Shown here piece after piece: positions 12,965 through 27,216 of a DNA stretch of 64,000 bases. The position numbers and the translations under genes are program-made. Location: positions 112,716,001-112,780,000 of the forward strand of contig OX597818.1 in NCBI GenBank assembly GCA_951406725.2, written 5' to 3'. Source of the stretch: Octopus vulgaris. Lineage: Eukaryota. Position 1 is the stretch's first letter. Each line of letters starts with the position of its first letter. Under the pieces are notes generated by a model that saw only the letters and a program-made list of their open reading frames with translations, was not told where the DNA came from and ran no database searches.

Positions 12965-13499
12965 GTAAGTTGTTATAAATAACGCATGAATATTGTAAAT
13001 ATGATTATATGGAGTAACATAGAGAAAATGCAATCAAAACATGAGTGGATATATATTTATAATGAAACTAATGGCATTATGTATTAGATGTATTTGTTAG
13101 ATTTATACCAACAAACAAATTCGCGTTTGTATTACGACCTTATAAACTGAATAATAACCTTGTCTGCACAGAATATTCTTAAAATAATCTCCATATCATT
13201 ACAATAACCATTTGTCTATGAAATATTTATTTAAAGCAACGTGCTTTGTGATGATTGCGGTTAACCTTTTTTTTCTATTTGCAGTACACAAATTTTGCTA
13301 AATTAACAGTCAACTATTGCGACTAATCGTTTCCAAAAAACTTTATATATATATAATGTTAATACTAAATATGTGCACACCAAAATATTTGTATATAATA
13401 TTTGCTTTGTTTTTTCATTTACTTATTTTCTTTTGAAGTATATAAAGCATCACATTGCTTTAATTGCTTTTAAAATTATTTTCGTTTTCATCGGTTCTG

Positions 13500-14720
13500 T
13501 AACGAATATTCATGTAAATCGCCATCAGAATTTATTCTTACACAGATGACTACATAAATGGGACACGATAATGAGAAACTTGAGAAAACAGACTTGATTG
13601 CATCCTACTGCTAGACATTGTTTCAGTTTACCTCCACAATTAATGACATGGAAATTGATAATCCACCGCATCTTTTCGTGTAACCGAAACCAATAGCGTG
13701 CCTTAAAGGATAAAACAGCATTCATAAATATGGAGAAATACATACAAATATATGGAAAACTATTTAATCGGCATAGTGTAAAGTTTCCGCATTCAACCAC
13801 TAGAAATTTAGCTGAGATTATAGCAGCACACAATAAACGTAAAATTAGGGAATATATAAATTCTAAATTCATAAACAAAATTCAAATTTATAATGTGTAT
13901 AGTGAAATAAACTCTAATGATACTCTTTCTGTATAAGGTTTTGGCTCTATAACTGATAATACAACGAGGTTATCGCCTAGGCTTAATATCAATTGTAATA
14001 ATAATAATTCAACCTTAACACGTAATTTACAGAGGAGAACTAGTGAAAATTCTTTTAACTATGAGTACCAAATTCAAGTGAATAAATGCCTGTGTAATTG
14101 TCAAAACGAAATTGTGTGCCCTTCAGAGAATCAGTGTCTAAGGAATTATATAGTCTATTAGTATAAGTTAATAACTGTATATCGTAAGCAATATTATATT
14201 GGTTCATCTGATACAGTTTGGGAATCTAGATTTCATAATCATTGTCATTCATTTAAGTATAGAAGAAAAAGTAATTCTACAAATCTTAGTAAATACATTT
14301 CAGATTTAAAAGATAAGAACATTAACTATCATTTAAAGTGGCATATTATTAGTTATGCATCATTGTACAATATTGGTAATTCTACATGTGATATTTGTCT
14401 TGAAGAAATGTACTATATAATTACTTCTAAATTAATACTATTAAATTTTCATGAACATTCACAATAAGTTGTTGCCATAGATTTAGGACATTCAGATATA
14501 TCAGTTACTAATTATAATAATTTTTCACATATTACATAATAAGGTTCTTTCTTATAAAGGGTTTGATACAATGGACAAATAGAAAACTAATTGCTGTGAT
14601 GTCAAGTATCTAAGATTATGTTAACCATAATGTAAAATTACTATCTTTATTTTTTATTCTTTAGTTGTCGAGTGACGTCACTAATAGTTGAATACAAAAA
14701 TGACTCTTCTTAAATAGGTT
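13500..14720 (+). mobile_element. Neptune-clade Penelope-like element remnant (RT thumb, Cys linker, GIY-YIG endonuclease, 3' UTR)
   Basis: KLFNRHSVKFPHSTTRNLAEIIAAHNK, then from 14081 CNCQNEIVCPSENQCLRNYIVY*...YYIGSS...RFHNHCHSF...STNLSKYISDLK...LKWHII...CDICLEE (stop at 14159). Ends at (TA)n. Confidence 0.9.
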
Positions 14721-14749
14721 TCTTATGTATATATCGACGGATGTATACG

Positions 14750-14837
<88 letters not shown>

Positions 14838-15050
14838 TGAGTGCGTTTATGTGTGTGTGTTTTGGTGCGCGTTTGTGTGTGTGTGTACGTATGTATGTAC
14901 AATGACATATTTTCAAATAATGACGAATTCTTATAGAAAATTCTTCATATGAAATTTGTACATAAATGAATGAACTCCAGCATAAGCCTTTCCCACACTG
15001 TCTCAGTTTCTGCTCTCTCTCTCTCTTACCCCACCTCTCTCGCTCTTCCT

Positions 15051-15091
<41 letters not shown>

Positions 15092-15959
15092 TACACAAAC
15101 ACAAACACGCACACACACATATATATATAAGCAGACACTTACACACACTCCCCGACGTACACACACACACACTCAAACCTATACATGTGATGCCTGTGTC
15201 ACAAATCATTATTTGTTTCATCATATTGTGTTGAGGCAAGACTAAATTCAAGAAAATTATAAACACTAAGCAATTATAAGCTGTCAATACAGTAAATGAT
15301 GATGATGATGACGATTCTGTGCAAATGTAAACAATAGATTCTAATAATTAGGATCAGCCCATGAAAAATTTCCTTTAAATTTCCTGTATTAAACTATGTT
15401 TGTCCATTGTGTGTTTTACTCTGGAATCTAAAAAAACAAATATGAAGTTTTCAACAATGCTGTGAACAAGATAGGAAATAAAAATCGATATTTTAATTCA
15501 CTGTACTTTCTGACGTCGTTGTTAATATTGCATGGAATATATCTGAACATAAGACATACATGAAAAGAGTTTTAATTATACAAAACAGAGTTAAAACACA
15601 TATTCCAAAAATCAATAACTTATTAAAGTTCCTGTATAACTCGGAGAATGAGGGAAGTCATTTTTGAACGTTACATTTAATATTCGATGAATGAGTATTT
15701 ATTGCAAATTTATTGGTAAAAAATATACAAATTCCTATATTTATGAGTCTAGAAGAACGAAATATTTCATTTTCCTTTTTTTCATGTAATCTACTGCTTC
15801 ACTTTGAAATTTACAAACATAATTTGCAATTCACCGAAGAGTAATGTATCTTCGTAGACTTGCACTGAATGTAATCTATATATATATAACGACATTAAAA
15901 AATTGTTCAACATTTATACGTCTACTCGCCATTAGAAGGATAGCACAATGTTTAAAATT

Positions 15960-16360
15960 GATGCATTCAGTGTAACGACACTCAAGGAACACTAGCTGTT
16001 GTCATCTTGTAAACAAAATTCATTATTTTAATAATGATAAGTATAAGTCACCAATGGCGACTTATACATAATACTTTCAATGCTAAATTAGATTGCTGTT
16101 TTTTTTCTTTTTTCTTTCGTCTACGTCAAGCTCTTATCGAGCAAAATTATAATAAATGGTGTTTCAGGAGGATATAACGCACTAAAATATTCAAAGTTCT
16201 TTTCTACTTTAAGACGTTGCACAAATTTTTGATGAAGATTCGGCTTATACTAAACAGACACCTGCGGATGTGTTGCAATTTCTTTGCTAGTTCCTACTGA
16301 GACAAAGACATAAAGAGGGTGTGTACATGCAATGCAAAGTACTAATATATTAAATTACGT
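15960..16360 (+). pseudogene. Decayed MAM/LDLa exon remnants
   Basis: CIQ...QGTLAVVI near 15962. After the acceptor at 16130: NYNKWCFRRI*RTKIFKVLF, then QFLC. Confidence 0.35.
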
Positions 16361-16491
16361 AGGTAAAGATGAATATGATTAATAGGTAGAATACCTGTGC
16401 GACCAATAATTAAAAAAGTGTATAGATATTAGGTAAAATACAAAACATTTATAGGTTCCAAATAAGGAGACTATTATTATACTGGAGCTAC

Positions 16492-16832
16492 CTTTGGGGG
16501 AGGGGCCAATCGATGAGATCGACCTCAGTCGAAACTGCTACTTAATTTATTGGGGAAGTCGACCTCGGCGGAATTTGAACTCAGAACGTAACCGCAGACA
16601 AAATACCTATTTCTTTACTACCCACAAGAGGCTAAACACAGAGAGGACAAACAAGGACAGACGAATGAATTAAGTCGATTATATAGACCCCAGTGCGTAA
16701 CTGGTACTTATTTAATCGACCCCGAAAGGATGAAATGCAAAGTTGACCTCGGCGGAATTTGAACTCAGAACGTAACCGCAGACGAAATACAGCTACGCAT
16801 TTCGTGTTAACGATTCTGCCAGCTCGTCACCT
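16492..16832 (-). mobile_element. SINE family A, multimeric
   Basis: Two GACCTCGGCGGAATTTGAACTCAGAACGTAA units. Confidence 0.85.
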
Positions 16833-16889
16833 TATGACCTGGAAATATTTTCTGCGCATCAAAGGGTTTCTGTTACGTTTAAGTATTTT

Positions 16890-17030
16890 TCTTACTAAAC
16901 ATTGATACATCAACATTAATCTTATTCCACTCGCTTGACACGTGGATGTAATGAAAAATGAATAAACATCTCTAAGTGCGACTTTGCTGCCGATCACAAT
17001 ATCAGCGAGTGGTGTAATAAACATTCCCCG
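16890..17030 (+). pseudogene. Decayed LDL-receptor class A repeat (best-preserved remnant)
   Basis: 16947-17015 reads C-NEK-*-INISK-CDF-AAD-H-NISEW-C, against LDLa C.N.KCI.....CD...DC.D.SDE..C. The TGA at 16959 occupies a Cys position. Confidence 0.55.
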
Positions 17031-17279
17031 AGTAATGCAAGCACAATATCTGATTAATTACTCATTTGTATTTATTATACCTACTCCAGTGAAGCAGACA
17101 TAAAAAACACAAGATCATTGTACTTTCTATATCTTATTCAGTTCGTGTGCACTTTCTTGGTAATCTCTCATTTATTGATTCTATTATATGTACTGATATC
17201 AACTAATCTTTCGGTTGAAATATAACTTTACGTATGTTCCACAAAATTTTACTAGTTACGGTCATCTCTATAAATTTGC

Positions 17280-17915
17280 TATAGAAATTATAGGCAGCAG
17301 TGATGTCGTGACGACGTTTCGTATCTGAGATTCCTGGTCTAAATAAGAATGAGATCGTAGATGACCAATGGGTAATGGGTTTATATACCATGTTTCAGAG
17401 GTTTTGCTCCTTCATTACCACCTATCCAACCAATAAATCACTCACGAACACATTGCGTACATAACCACTAAAGATAGCGGTATTATTTTATTGATACGCC
17501 TATTTTATATATTAGACATATTCCTACGAGCTGGATGTAATGGCACAGCTAACACAGTAGAAAATAATATTGAGTGATAAAACATTTGATATACTTTGTA
17601 GTGTATTTTGATGGCATAATGAAATATAATATCCATACAAATCATTAATATTTACGTACAAACTTCTAGGAATATACTTAATATATAAAATTGGTATATC
17701 CAATAACGTTACACCGCTATATTTGGTGGCCATTTAAGCAGTGTGGTTGTGAATGTTTAAGGAGTTGGGTGGATGCTGGTGAAGGAGCAAAACGTCTAAA
17801 ATGTTACATATACGCCCATTGCCCATTTTTTTCATATTCCATCTCATTCTTGTTTACATCAGGCGTCCTGGATATGAAATGCAGTAACAAAATCAGTGCC
17901 GGTTATATTTCCTGT
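17280..17915. mobile_element. Old fold-back/MITE with ~200-bp diverged inverted arms
   Basis: TAAATAAGAATGAGAT...ATGGGTAATGGG...GTTTTGCTCCTTCA is mirrored by TGAAGGAGCAAAAC...CCCATTGCCCAT...ATCTCATTCTTGTTTA. Confidence 0.6.
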
Positions 17916-18829
17916 TGAACAACGGTACAGATAACCTTATCAAGTGATTTAATAACACGGCTAACACAGTAGAACAGAGTATTGACTTAAGAAAACCTTT
18001 GATATAAACGAGATACGGTGTCTCTACTGTTCTACAAAATGACCAAAAACTTTTACTCAAACTTTAGGATTGTGTAGTTTTTGACATGATAATTACACCT
18101 GTTAATTAATTTTGACAAGATAGATACACTTTAACCATACTAGCTGGTAAGCATCGACGGGTCCGAAAAAAATTAATTGTATAGTCATTCTACCAACATG
18201 TGTACCCCAGCACACGGGCGCCTATACTTACACTCACAGACTCATATACATACACTTACACATACACTCACACATATGGAATAAAATACATTGAATAATC
18301 TTTCGATTTATGATCCAGAAGGTGTGTCCACTGAATTCCGCAATGCAACTTATTGTTTTTATTTCTATAAACTTGGAAGTTTATCCCGGTACATAAATGT
18401 GTGTTTTACTTGCAAATGATAAGTAATTTTGATGTAGAATAATACTTTCGGCTTTAAATTATTCTTCTAATTCTATTTCATTGTTTTTCATTTACCCTCA
18501 TCTACATTTATCTTCTCCAACCAGCATACATTTACTCACTCGCCATTTGTTGTGTCGCTCTTCCGGCGCCAATGTGTCATTCAACAAAATAATTGTCTAA
18601 TTATTATACGATTTACAGCAACAACTAAATGTAAATTCAGTTTTGAAAATATCTTATTGAGATATGCAATAACATTGTTTAATTCGGACAGATTCGATTT
18701 ATTCTTATTCATTTCATTATTTTAAGTTTTATAGCTTTTGTGGAAGCGAGTGTTTTAGTGTAAAATGAAATAAAATATATATTTAATATTTCACTTTAAC
18801 ATGTGACTTATCAATTTTGCTCATAATAT

Positions 18830-19720
18830 AATGGCAGCAAATCATATAATTACAATTCTTTTCACTTGCGCCATAAACAGGAAAAATATCATCCATAATA
18901 TGGCGAATAATCTTTATTTATATCTTTCTATATCTCCGCTTGGTCGACTTACCCAGACCAATGCAAATATTGCACACCAAATCTTCCAGAGTAGACTTCA
19001 TATCGTCAGCTTGATATCCAGTATCTTTCACAAGTTGATCGCTATGTGATCTTCTTGGTCTTTCGATTACTTTTATGTCTATACGTGTGTTTCCAGAGAA
19101 GATCACTGGATATTTCGATCTTATGTCTCCATCAATTTCCTACAAAACACGTCCTCCTTTCCATGATTACCAAATGAAAGCGTGGAAACTGACATCTAGT
19201 CGTATATTTGTTGGGGGCTGAATCTGAGGAAGACTGAGAACTGCACGCAGCATTGTCATGTATGTGCTTCCAAGCTTCTTTTAAAGTCTCTTTTTCGGTG
19301 TACATACTGACAACAAGACAGACGGACTCATTCAGCTACTACTTGCAAGAAACTTCTCTACTTATTCTCAGAAAGAGAAGATTTCCATGTAATTCTGAGT
19401 CTGTCTAGGGTACTCCATGTCTTTGCAATGCCTACCTGGATATGATTCGTTGTTTAAGCAACTTTACTTCCCAGATAGGAAATGTGATCAAACCTCTTTA
19501 GATCGGTGACATTTAGAGCACACATATCACGTTTCCTTTGAGCCCTTAGGGCTCAGAATCAGTCATATAGTGCTATTTTGTACCTCTGCAGACGCGAGTG
19601 CACGCAACACTTTCTCTAGTAGTTCTTTTATTCCCTACAAGATCAAAAGCATCTTGCATAGTCAACATTCGATATTCTTACTGCGAAAGTTGAATATTGC
19701 GTGAGTAGGAACATTGTGAT
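18830..19720 (-). mobile_element. Very decayed RTE-clade LINE RT C-terminal fragment
   Basis: Minus strand reads DLKRFDHISYLGS...IAKTWSTLDRLRITWKSSLSENK...MLRAVL. Confidence 0.55.
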
Positions 19721-19726
19721 AAAATA

Positions 19727-20651
19727 TTGGGTCATCGCCTAAATAAAGCATTTTATTTTATACTTCTTTTATTTTTCAAAATTAAGATAAACAAAGTTCC
19801 TGTTTAATCTAAAATATACTCACCTTCATTTTCTATAATATGCTTCCATCTACCTGGTAGACTTGCAAGGCCCTTCTTCCAAAATTCACTTGTCTGTGAT
19901 GAAAGATATTCCTTCATTAACGTTCTGGCCTCGTCTACAAAATTCATATTTTTTCCATACAAATGACTGTGAAGACTGCGGAATAAATGATTATCAGCTG
20001 GGGCAATGTCCGACGAATATGGTTCGTGAGACATCATTTGCCATTCAAACTGCTCCAGCCTTTGGAATGTTACCCTCGCTATATGTGGCCGAGTATTATC
20101 CTGATGGAAGAACACTTTTCGTCTTGCAATCAAAGACGGTCGCTTTGTTCTCGCGCTGGTGTTGATGAATGGTTGAATGACCAAATCCAATCTTCTCAGA
20201 TAGTTCCTCAAAATGTTACGGTGGGATTTTGTTCTGCTAGCTTTTGCAGGACGCACTCGTCGAGCTATACAGATCTTCCAAGATGAGCTCCATCTTCTAG
20301 TCTCTAGTTTCTGGCTCGGAATTTCTGGAACCACTGTTGACACTTGTTTACGCTTATTGTCCAATCTCCATATACTGCATTAATATTCTCCACACTTTCT
20401 GTTGCGTGGTTTCCTTTATTGAATGCATAAAGCAAAATATGCTGAATATGCTCCTTTGTTGCTTCCATTGTAGCTTTGAAAAAATAAGTGTTAAAATCGA
20501 ACTGCACTGTTCAAAACTTTACTGGGAATAGGTACAATGTAAAATTACTTCCTGCTTTTATAGAAAGTTGATGCAGGAAATTTATTCCGTCCCTCGTCGA
20601 CCTTTAGCTCATGCAATTGAAAAAAAACGCATTATTTATGGGATGACCCAA
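19727..20651 (-). mobile_element. Internally deleted DD34D mariner
   Basis: TA|TTGGGTCATC...GATGACCCAA|TA termini. N-terminus MEATKEHIQHILLYAFNKG...QQWFQKFR. C-terminus FHQDNTRPH...HEPYSSDIAPADNHLFRSL...LPGRWKHIIENEGEYILD. At 925 bp the middle is missing. Confidence 0.95.
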
Positions 20652-20869
20652 TATATGCATAATATATCATGACGTTTAAAATATTACGAACTGCTTTTTT
20701 TTAGATTTATCAGAGCGAAAACATTCCGCAAAATGTGAAAACATATAATACAGAAATATGAAAGCAGATGTTCAGCTAATTTAGGATAGGAACAAAACTA
20801 GAAACATCGATAGATATATAGCGAAACGTGAACAACGAACCTCAGTGCGTCTGAAAATATCAGAACTGC

Positions 20870-21190
20870 CCAACGAAACATCTGTCTGTAAAATGCCGAT
20901 CTTTAAATCATCATCGTAAAGTTCACCACAGTAACAAGGAATGCATTGGCGCTTGATTCCGAGTGCTTTTTCTATTCACTGTAAGCTATGAAGGATCATA
21001 TTGTACATAATGAGCCTGTCAATAGACGAGAAACTATATTGAGTTGTTGGAGGTTAGCACAGGCATTTATCTTCCGAATAATTTGTGATGCGTTTTATAA
21101 GATTGAAATTATTATGGAAATGCATTAAGCAGTATTCGTTTTTGGCGACATAATATTTTCGAGTTGTCTACCTGCCAGCTTCCAGCATTC
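20870..21190 (+). pseudogene. Decayed LDLa/MAM remnant
   Basis: NCPTKHLSVKCRS...NKECI, then CWRLAQAFIFRIICDA...VFVFGDIIFSSC (cf. W....V, F.I.FE, IA.DDI.F..C). Confidence 0.35.
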
Positions 21191-22014
21191 TGTGAATGTG
21201 TCAATTACCCTTTATTCGTCAATCTCTCAATCTTTCTCCTTTTCTCTCTTTGCCTCCCTCTCAGAATTCCACTGAGATAAATTCTTTCTATCACATCGTT
21301 TCGGTACTAACGTTTGTTTACTTGCGCCGTTCTTCGATATCTATTTTTCTGTTTCAGAAACATGCACGCGAGCGCGCATTCACACAGACACACATACTAA
21401 AAGGACAACACACACACACACACATACACATACGCACATCTAAACTCACACACACACACAAACCTACGAAGAGAAAATCCCATACACAGGCACACACATT
21501 CATCATATTCATATTCGCTTTTGCTATTTCCATTCATGAATTTCTTCCTTTCATACACGGGCAATATTCTTCTTACTAGATGTGCGAGTTGTCACTATTT
21601 CTCTCAAAACTCCATAATTTATCGTAATATTATTCAGTGCGTATAATGAGAGATAAAGATCAACATATTTTACTTAAAAGCTCAACAAAGATCCGATAAC
21701 ATTTCTTGAATTAGAATGGCTGCATTAGAAACTATACTTAACACTCGCAGACATTTTGGTGCCTGAACTTTCAAGAGCTTTACCTTCTGTAGATCATACA
21801 TACAATTACACAGGAAAGTGTATAAACATATATGCTTAAATATATACATACATACACACATGAGTGTATACATATAGATATATGTACCTACACGCGCACA
21901 CTCACACAAATAAATACACACAGAAACGTATATGTGTTGGTTTGTGTGTGTGCGTACGCAAACAGATATACATATATTTTTTTATATTATTATTGCTCTT
22001 GTTATAAAATTATA

Positions 22015-22084
<70 letters not shown>

Positions 22085-22440
22085 TTATTATTATTATTAT
22101 AGTCTTTGTACAGCTTCTAACGGAATATTCGAGTGGTTATTGGCAGTGCTGTTTTCTGCAAATGCTCCACCTTTATTGCAGCTCCTATTTTCTCCATGTA
22201 CTTCTAAAGATTTCTGTTCATAATTCCCAGGACTCCGACAATTATTGGTACTGCTACTACCTTTTTTATTGACCACAACTGCTTAAACTCCCAAGCTAAC
22301 CTGTTATATCTATCGACTTTTCTTTCTTCCTTATCGCATACCTTGTTGTTCCAAACCACGAAAAAACTAATTCACTGCTGGATATTCATTCCCTGTTGCT
22401 TTCCCTTACTCTGGCTTTTAGCGCGCTGTTTGTGGGACAT
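22015..22440 (-). mobile_element. 3' end of an R4/Dong-like LINE abutting (AAT)n(AGT)n
   Basis: Minus strand VVAVPIIVGVLGIMNRNL*KYMEKIG...HLQKTALPITTRIFR matches the RLE endonuclease C-terminus. The microsatellite is at 22015-22100. Confidence 0.75.
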
Positions 22441-23537
22441 TTGAATTGAATTCCTCAATATATAAAGATGTAAATTTGATATGCAGAATATCCTGTCCGA
22501 TGCGGTATATATTGAGTTTTATAATTATATGTCCATAGAAATTCTCGCTGATGACATATAGATGGTTTAGTGCATTGATTGATTAATTAATTAATTAATT
22601 AATTAATTAGTATAGTTAATCGTTAAGGGAGAAACTTCGAAGTACAGCACTGACTACTGACCGCCTACATTAAAACTGCTACGATATGAATCAGTTTTTT
22701 CGTGGTTTGAGATTTAACTACTATTTCTAACGTGTTGGTAAACCAATTAGTGGCATTTCCCTTCGTGTATAATTTTTATACACACATATGATATATCTAC
22801 ACACACACATATCAATGTGTTTGTGTCTGTATGTGTGTACATGTGCGTGCGCGCGTGTGTGCATATGTATATAATTGATGTGTATAATATATAACGATGT
22901 TTTAAACTTCTATAATCTGATTTGACCGTAGTTTAAGAATGTTTTATAAAGTACGTGTTGGGAATCCCTTACTAATAAAATTATAATTTAATTGATATAC
23001 TAAATTAATTGCCTCTCGTAATTAGTTCTGCTGTAATGTGCAATGCCCAAATACTTGAAATGCAAAAATTTTCCGAGTTTGTTAATTCTCCTGTAACATT
23101 ACTGTAAAGTTTGTTTAATCTTGGTGCAGGCCTGGATTATCCATGTGTCCGCTGCTCCAGGATTTATTTCATACACTTAGTTACGTTTCTTTCTCCTTAT
23201 TTCGAAGGCTTTCCAACCATGTGTTATGTTATATCTGCATAATAACAGCATAGACATTTTTCGATATATATCGATACATGTCATAGATTATTTCTGAATA
23301 TGTAATAATGCTGGTATTGTTTATACCACACAAAGATAGGCAAGCTAATTCTAACGTATTTAATCCATTTATTGGAGATTTTGAAACTGAGAGTCGATAG
23401 CCTCTTAACAGATGGATATGTGTTTTGCTAATTTTGACAATATTTCAGGAAACAAATAAATATGTTGTCCGAGCATATTCCTCACCTTTGGTGGAAACTG
23501 ATATGCATTTATATCTCTCTTGCCAGAGATTTCTTGT

Positions 23538-23830
23538 GGAGGCGCGTGGCTTTGTGGCTTAGGGGTATTCGGCTCGCAATCGTAAAGTCGTGTTTTCGAA
23601 TCAAGGCCGCGCGTTGTGTCCTTGCGCAAGACACTTTACCTTCCTGTTGCTCCAGTCTACTCAGCTAGCAAAAACGAACAGTACCTGTAATTCAAAGGGG
23701 CCAGCCTTTTGAGCTACGTTAATGATACGCGTGACTGTGGAGTACTCAGCCACTTGCACGTTGATTTCACGAGTAGGCTACTCTGATCGTATCAATTGGA
23801 ACTCGTACCGCCGTAACCGATTAAGTGCTA
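23538..23830 (+). mobile_element. tRNA-derived SINE, family C
   Basis: GGAGGCGCGTGGCTT...TTCGAATC...TTGTGTCCTTGCGCAAGACACTTT...GTTGCTCCAGTCTACTCAGCT. Confidence 0.8.
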
Positions 23831-23959
23831 GCACAAAAGTAGTAAATAATTTCTAGTCGCATCTGGGACACGAGCTGGAATACCTGTTCAATTTCAGTCA
23901 TTGTAGATATTTACTCATAAACGAGACATGTAACATATTACGTGTTATAAAAAAGGCCA

Positions 23960-25000
23960 AATGGTTGTATTCTTAAACTCAGAGTTTGCACACCTTAACC
24001 TATGCGGAAAGATATGTACCAACAGCTGCCTTCTTGTTTTTCAGTATTACCAAACAACTATTACACGGTTATAGTATTGTGATGACGTCGACTAGTCTCC
24101 CTTTCAAGAACGCATCCATCGGATTTGAATCTGGTGAGCTTAGAAGCCACAGATTTAGTGTTACATGTTTGTAAATATTGAGTGTCATTTATTCTTCGGC
24201 TACGTTAAAAATGCTCAACCTTCTCTTGCACACTTTAGGAACTTCAGGTTTAAGAAATGCTTCCATTAATGGAACGTATTTCGCAGCATTAATTCTAAGA
24301 CTCAGTAGAAACAAGTTATTTACTATGACACAACCATCGTTAATCATCGCCTCTAAAACCATTACATTTGCTGGAATCTTAGTGAGCCGAAATCTACAGA
24401 AATGTGAAGAATCTGCACAAAAAAAAACCTGTAATCTTTTCGGTTACAATTTTTGTCTAAGCCGAAGAGTGTACGACATGTATCCAATATCCTCAAGCCA
24501 CTCAGTTCTGATGGTATAATCCAACAACCGAGCTGGCAGAAACGTTAGCACGCCGGGCGAAATGCGTAGCCGTATTTCGTCTGCTTTTAAGTTCCGAGTT
24601 CAAATTCTGCCGAGGTCGACTTTGCCTTTCATCCTTTCACGGTCGATTAAATATGTACCAGTTACGACTTAATTGACTTAATCCGCCAGTCTGTCGTTGT
24701 TTGTTCCCGCTGTGTTTAGCCCCTCGTGTGTAGTAAAGAAATAGGTATATCCAATAACCGAAGTTCGGCGATGGCTCTCATTGATTTTCCAGCGTTGTCA
24801 TCGATTGTATTTTGAACGCATTAGATAAATTGCAGTGTTATAGTGTCGGAGTGTTTTTAATGATTTCTTATTCTGTTGAAGCAGTTAAAAATTCTCGCGA
24901 AAGGCTTCCACTATCGTGTGAATTTTGTGTACAAATGCCCATGCAACATGCGGATAATTGACAATTACGAAATCACTCTTTACACACACATATACGGCAG
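23960..25000 (-). mobile_element. Decayed Tc1/mariner transposase (DD37D/maT-like), interrupted by a SINE
   Basis: Minus strand reads TKIPANVMVL (24354-24383), LRINAAKY and SSPDSNPMD (24113-24140). Termini not found. Confidence 0.6.
24529..24747 (+). mobile_element. SINE family A with TSD
   Basis: Consensus match. Flanked by GTATAATCCAACAACCGA and GTATATCCAATAACCGA. Confidence 0.85.
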
Positions 25001-25171
25001 TAGTGACTTCATGTATATTCATTTCTTGTGTTAGCATTTGATCTGCCATGGAGTAGTTGAAACAACTCTGAAGATTTTAATTGGTTTCAGAAAGTAATAT
25101 ATTAATAATTAATTGTCCTCAAATACTCCTGGCAGACTGTAGATCCAGTGTTAACATGAAGATATTAACAT

Positions 25172-25347
25172 AGGCGTAGGAGTGGCTGTGTGGTAAGTAG
25201 CTTGCTTATGAACCACTTGTTTTTCCGGGTTCATTCGCACTGCGTGGCATCTTGGGTAACTGTCTTCTACTATAGCCTCGGGCCGACCAAAGCCTTGTGA
25301 GTGGATTTGGTAGACGGAAACTGAAAGAAGCCCGTCGTATATATATG

Positions 25348-25399
<52 letters not shown>

Positions 25400-25560
25400 T
25401 CTATGTTTGTCCCCCCAACATCACTTGACAACCGATGCAGGTGTGTATACGTCCCCGTAACTTAGCGGTTCGGCACAAGAGACCGATAGAATAAGTACTG
25501 GGTTTACAAAGGTGGTGCTCCAGCATGGCCACAGTCAAATGACTGAAACAAGTAGAAAAT
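25172..25560 (+). mobile_element. SINE family B, near full length
   Basis: Head, core, internal (TA)(TG) tract, and tail GGTGGTGCTCCAGCATGGCCACAGTCAAATGACTGAAAC. Confidence 0.9.
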
Positions 25561-26555
25561 TTAAAAAAAGAGTAATTAAATATAAGATCGGTTTGTTCTT
25601 CATAGAATATGAAACATCCGTATATTAATACGTTTACGTGGGTGTATTTTACACTCCTATTAATATATATTGCAAGTAAGATCTGAATTGAATTATTGTT
25701 GTTCGCATTTCAATTGGCATGAAAACTGGATCATCCAATTTCACCTTGTGAAAATGTTATATTTTACTTGTTATAGTACCTGAAGGATAGTATGTATACA
25801 CTTAAATCCTTATATCTGTGTACATACACACACACTTAAAGATACACACATGCACTTGCATGGTATCATATATGCAAATGCATACATCGACACAAACTTA
25901 ACTTTTATTCGTTTCTTCGTGTTGTTGCGAGTGAGTGCTTTCCAAGAAAACCAGCTGAACAAAGAGAGAAGCCAATCGATTACGCTTAAGCAATATTAAA
26001 GTCTTTTCATTAAAATACAAATGGTAAGATTCAACTGTTAAACTGTCATTTTTATAACGCATACGTGCTACACAAAGCTTCGCAGCCTCCATTAAATTAT
26101 GCCGTCAGTCAAATAGTGTAAAGAACTTGTCATGAACTAGTTCCCCCCTTCGCATCCATTTGGTGTTTTTCTTTGAATTATTTTCTAAATATCATTTCCA
26201 TTTTGTTTATAGAAAATGCAATTACACTAATATGCTAATGAGCCAATTAAGAAAGATACTGAAAAGAAGCGATTCACTTATAATTCCTTGATTTAATTAG
26301 AATGACAGCTGCTTGCTGAAAGCATGAAGAACAGAATTGTGTTAAAATACAACTTTGCCATTAATTCTTCTGTCTTAAATTTAGTATTCTCTCATTAGTT
26401 TCATTATTGCTAGAAACGACTCTCTTGTGGAAGAAATTAAAGTATAGTAAAAATTATTATTGTTCATCAAAATCATGCGGGATTATGTTTATAAATTTTT
26501 ATCTTAATATATTGCGAATCAGTTTTTCCTAATGCTATTTATTATTTGGTATCTG

Positions 26556-26905
26556 AGGTGGCGAGCTCACAGAAACGTTAGCATACCGAGGAGTTCAAAT
26601 TCCACTGAGGTCGATGTTGCATTTCACCCTTTCAGGGTCGATAAATTAAGTACCAGTTACGCACTGGGGTCGATATAATCGACTTAATCCCTTTGCATGT
26701 CCTTGTTTTCCCCCCCTCAATGTTTAGCCCCTTGTGGGTAATAAAAAAGTAAGAAGCGTTAGCACGCCGGGTGAAATGCTTAGCGGTATTTCGTCTGCCG
26801 CTACGTTCTGAGTTCAAATTCCGCCGAGGTCGATTTTGCATTTCATCCTTTCGAGGTCGATTAAATAAGTACCAGTTACGCATTGGGGGGTCGATAAAAT
26901 CGACT
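26556..26905 (+). mobile_element. SINE family A, dimeric
   Basis: Two core units. Confidence 0.85.
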
Positions 26906-27010
26906 TTTCAGCGATTCTCCACACTACGTGTCCCCTCCTGTACTCTTTAGTCTATTCTGGGACCACGTTTGTATTGTCTATCTCTCTGAATGTTTTTATG
27001 TTCTCTGTTT

Positions 27011-27173
27011 AGGCGCAGGAGTGGCTGTGTGCTTAGTGGCTTGCTTAGCAGCTACATGTCTCCGGGTTCAGTTCCACTGCGTGGTACCTTGAGCACATGC
27101 CTTCTACTATAGCCTCGGGTCGACCAAAGCCTTGTGAGTGGCTTTGGTAGACGGAAACTGAAAGAAGCTCATC

Positions 27174-27175
<2 letters not shown>
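27011..27175 (+). mobile_element. SINE family B, 5' half ending in (TA)n
   Basis: AGGCGCAGGAGTGGCTGTGTG...GAAACTGAAAGAAGC. Confidence 0.85.

Positions 27176-27216
<41 letters not shown>

Noticed and set aside
23538-23615. tRNA gene candidates at SINE heads
   Set aside because: A/B boxes are present but there is no complete cloverleaf, and each continues into a SINE body.
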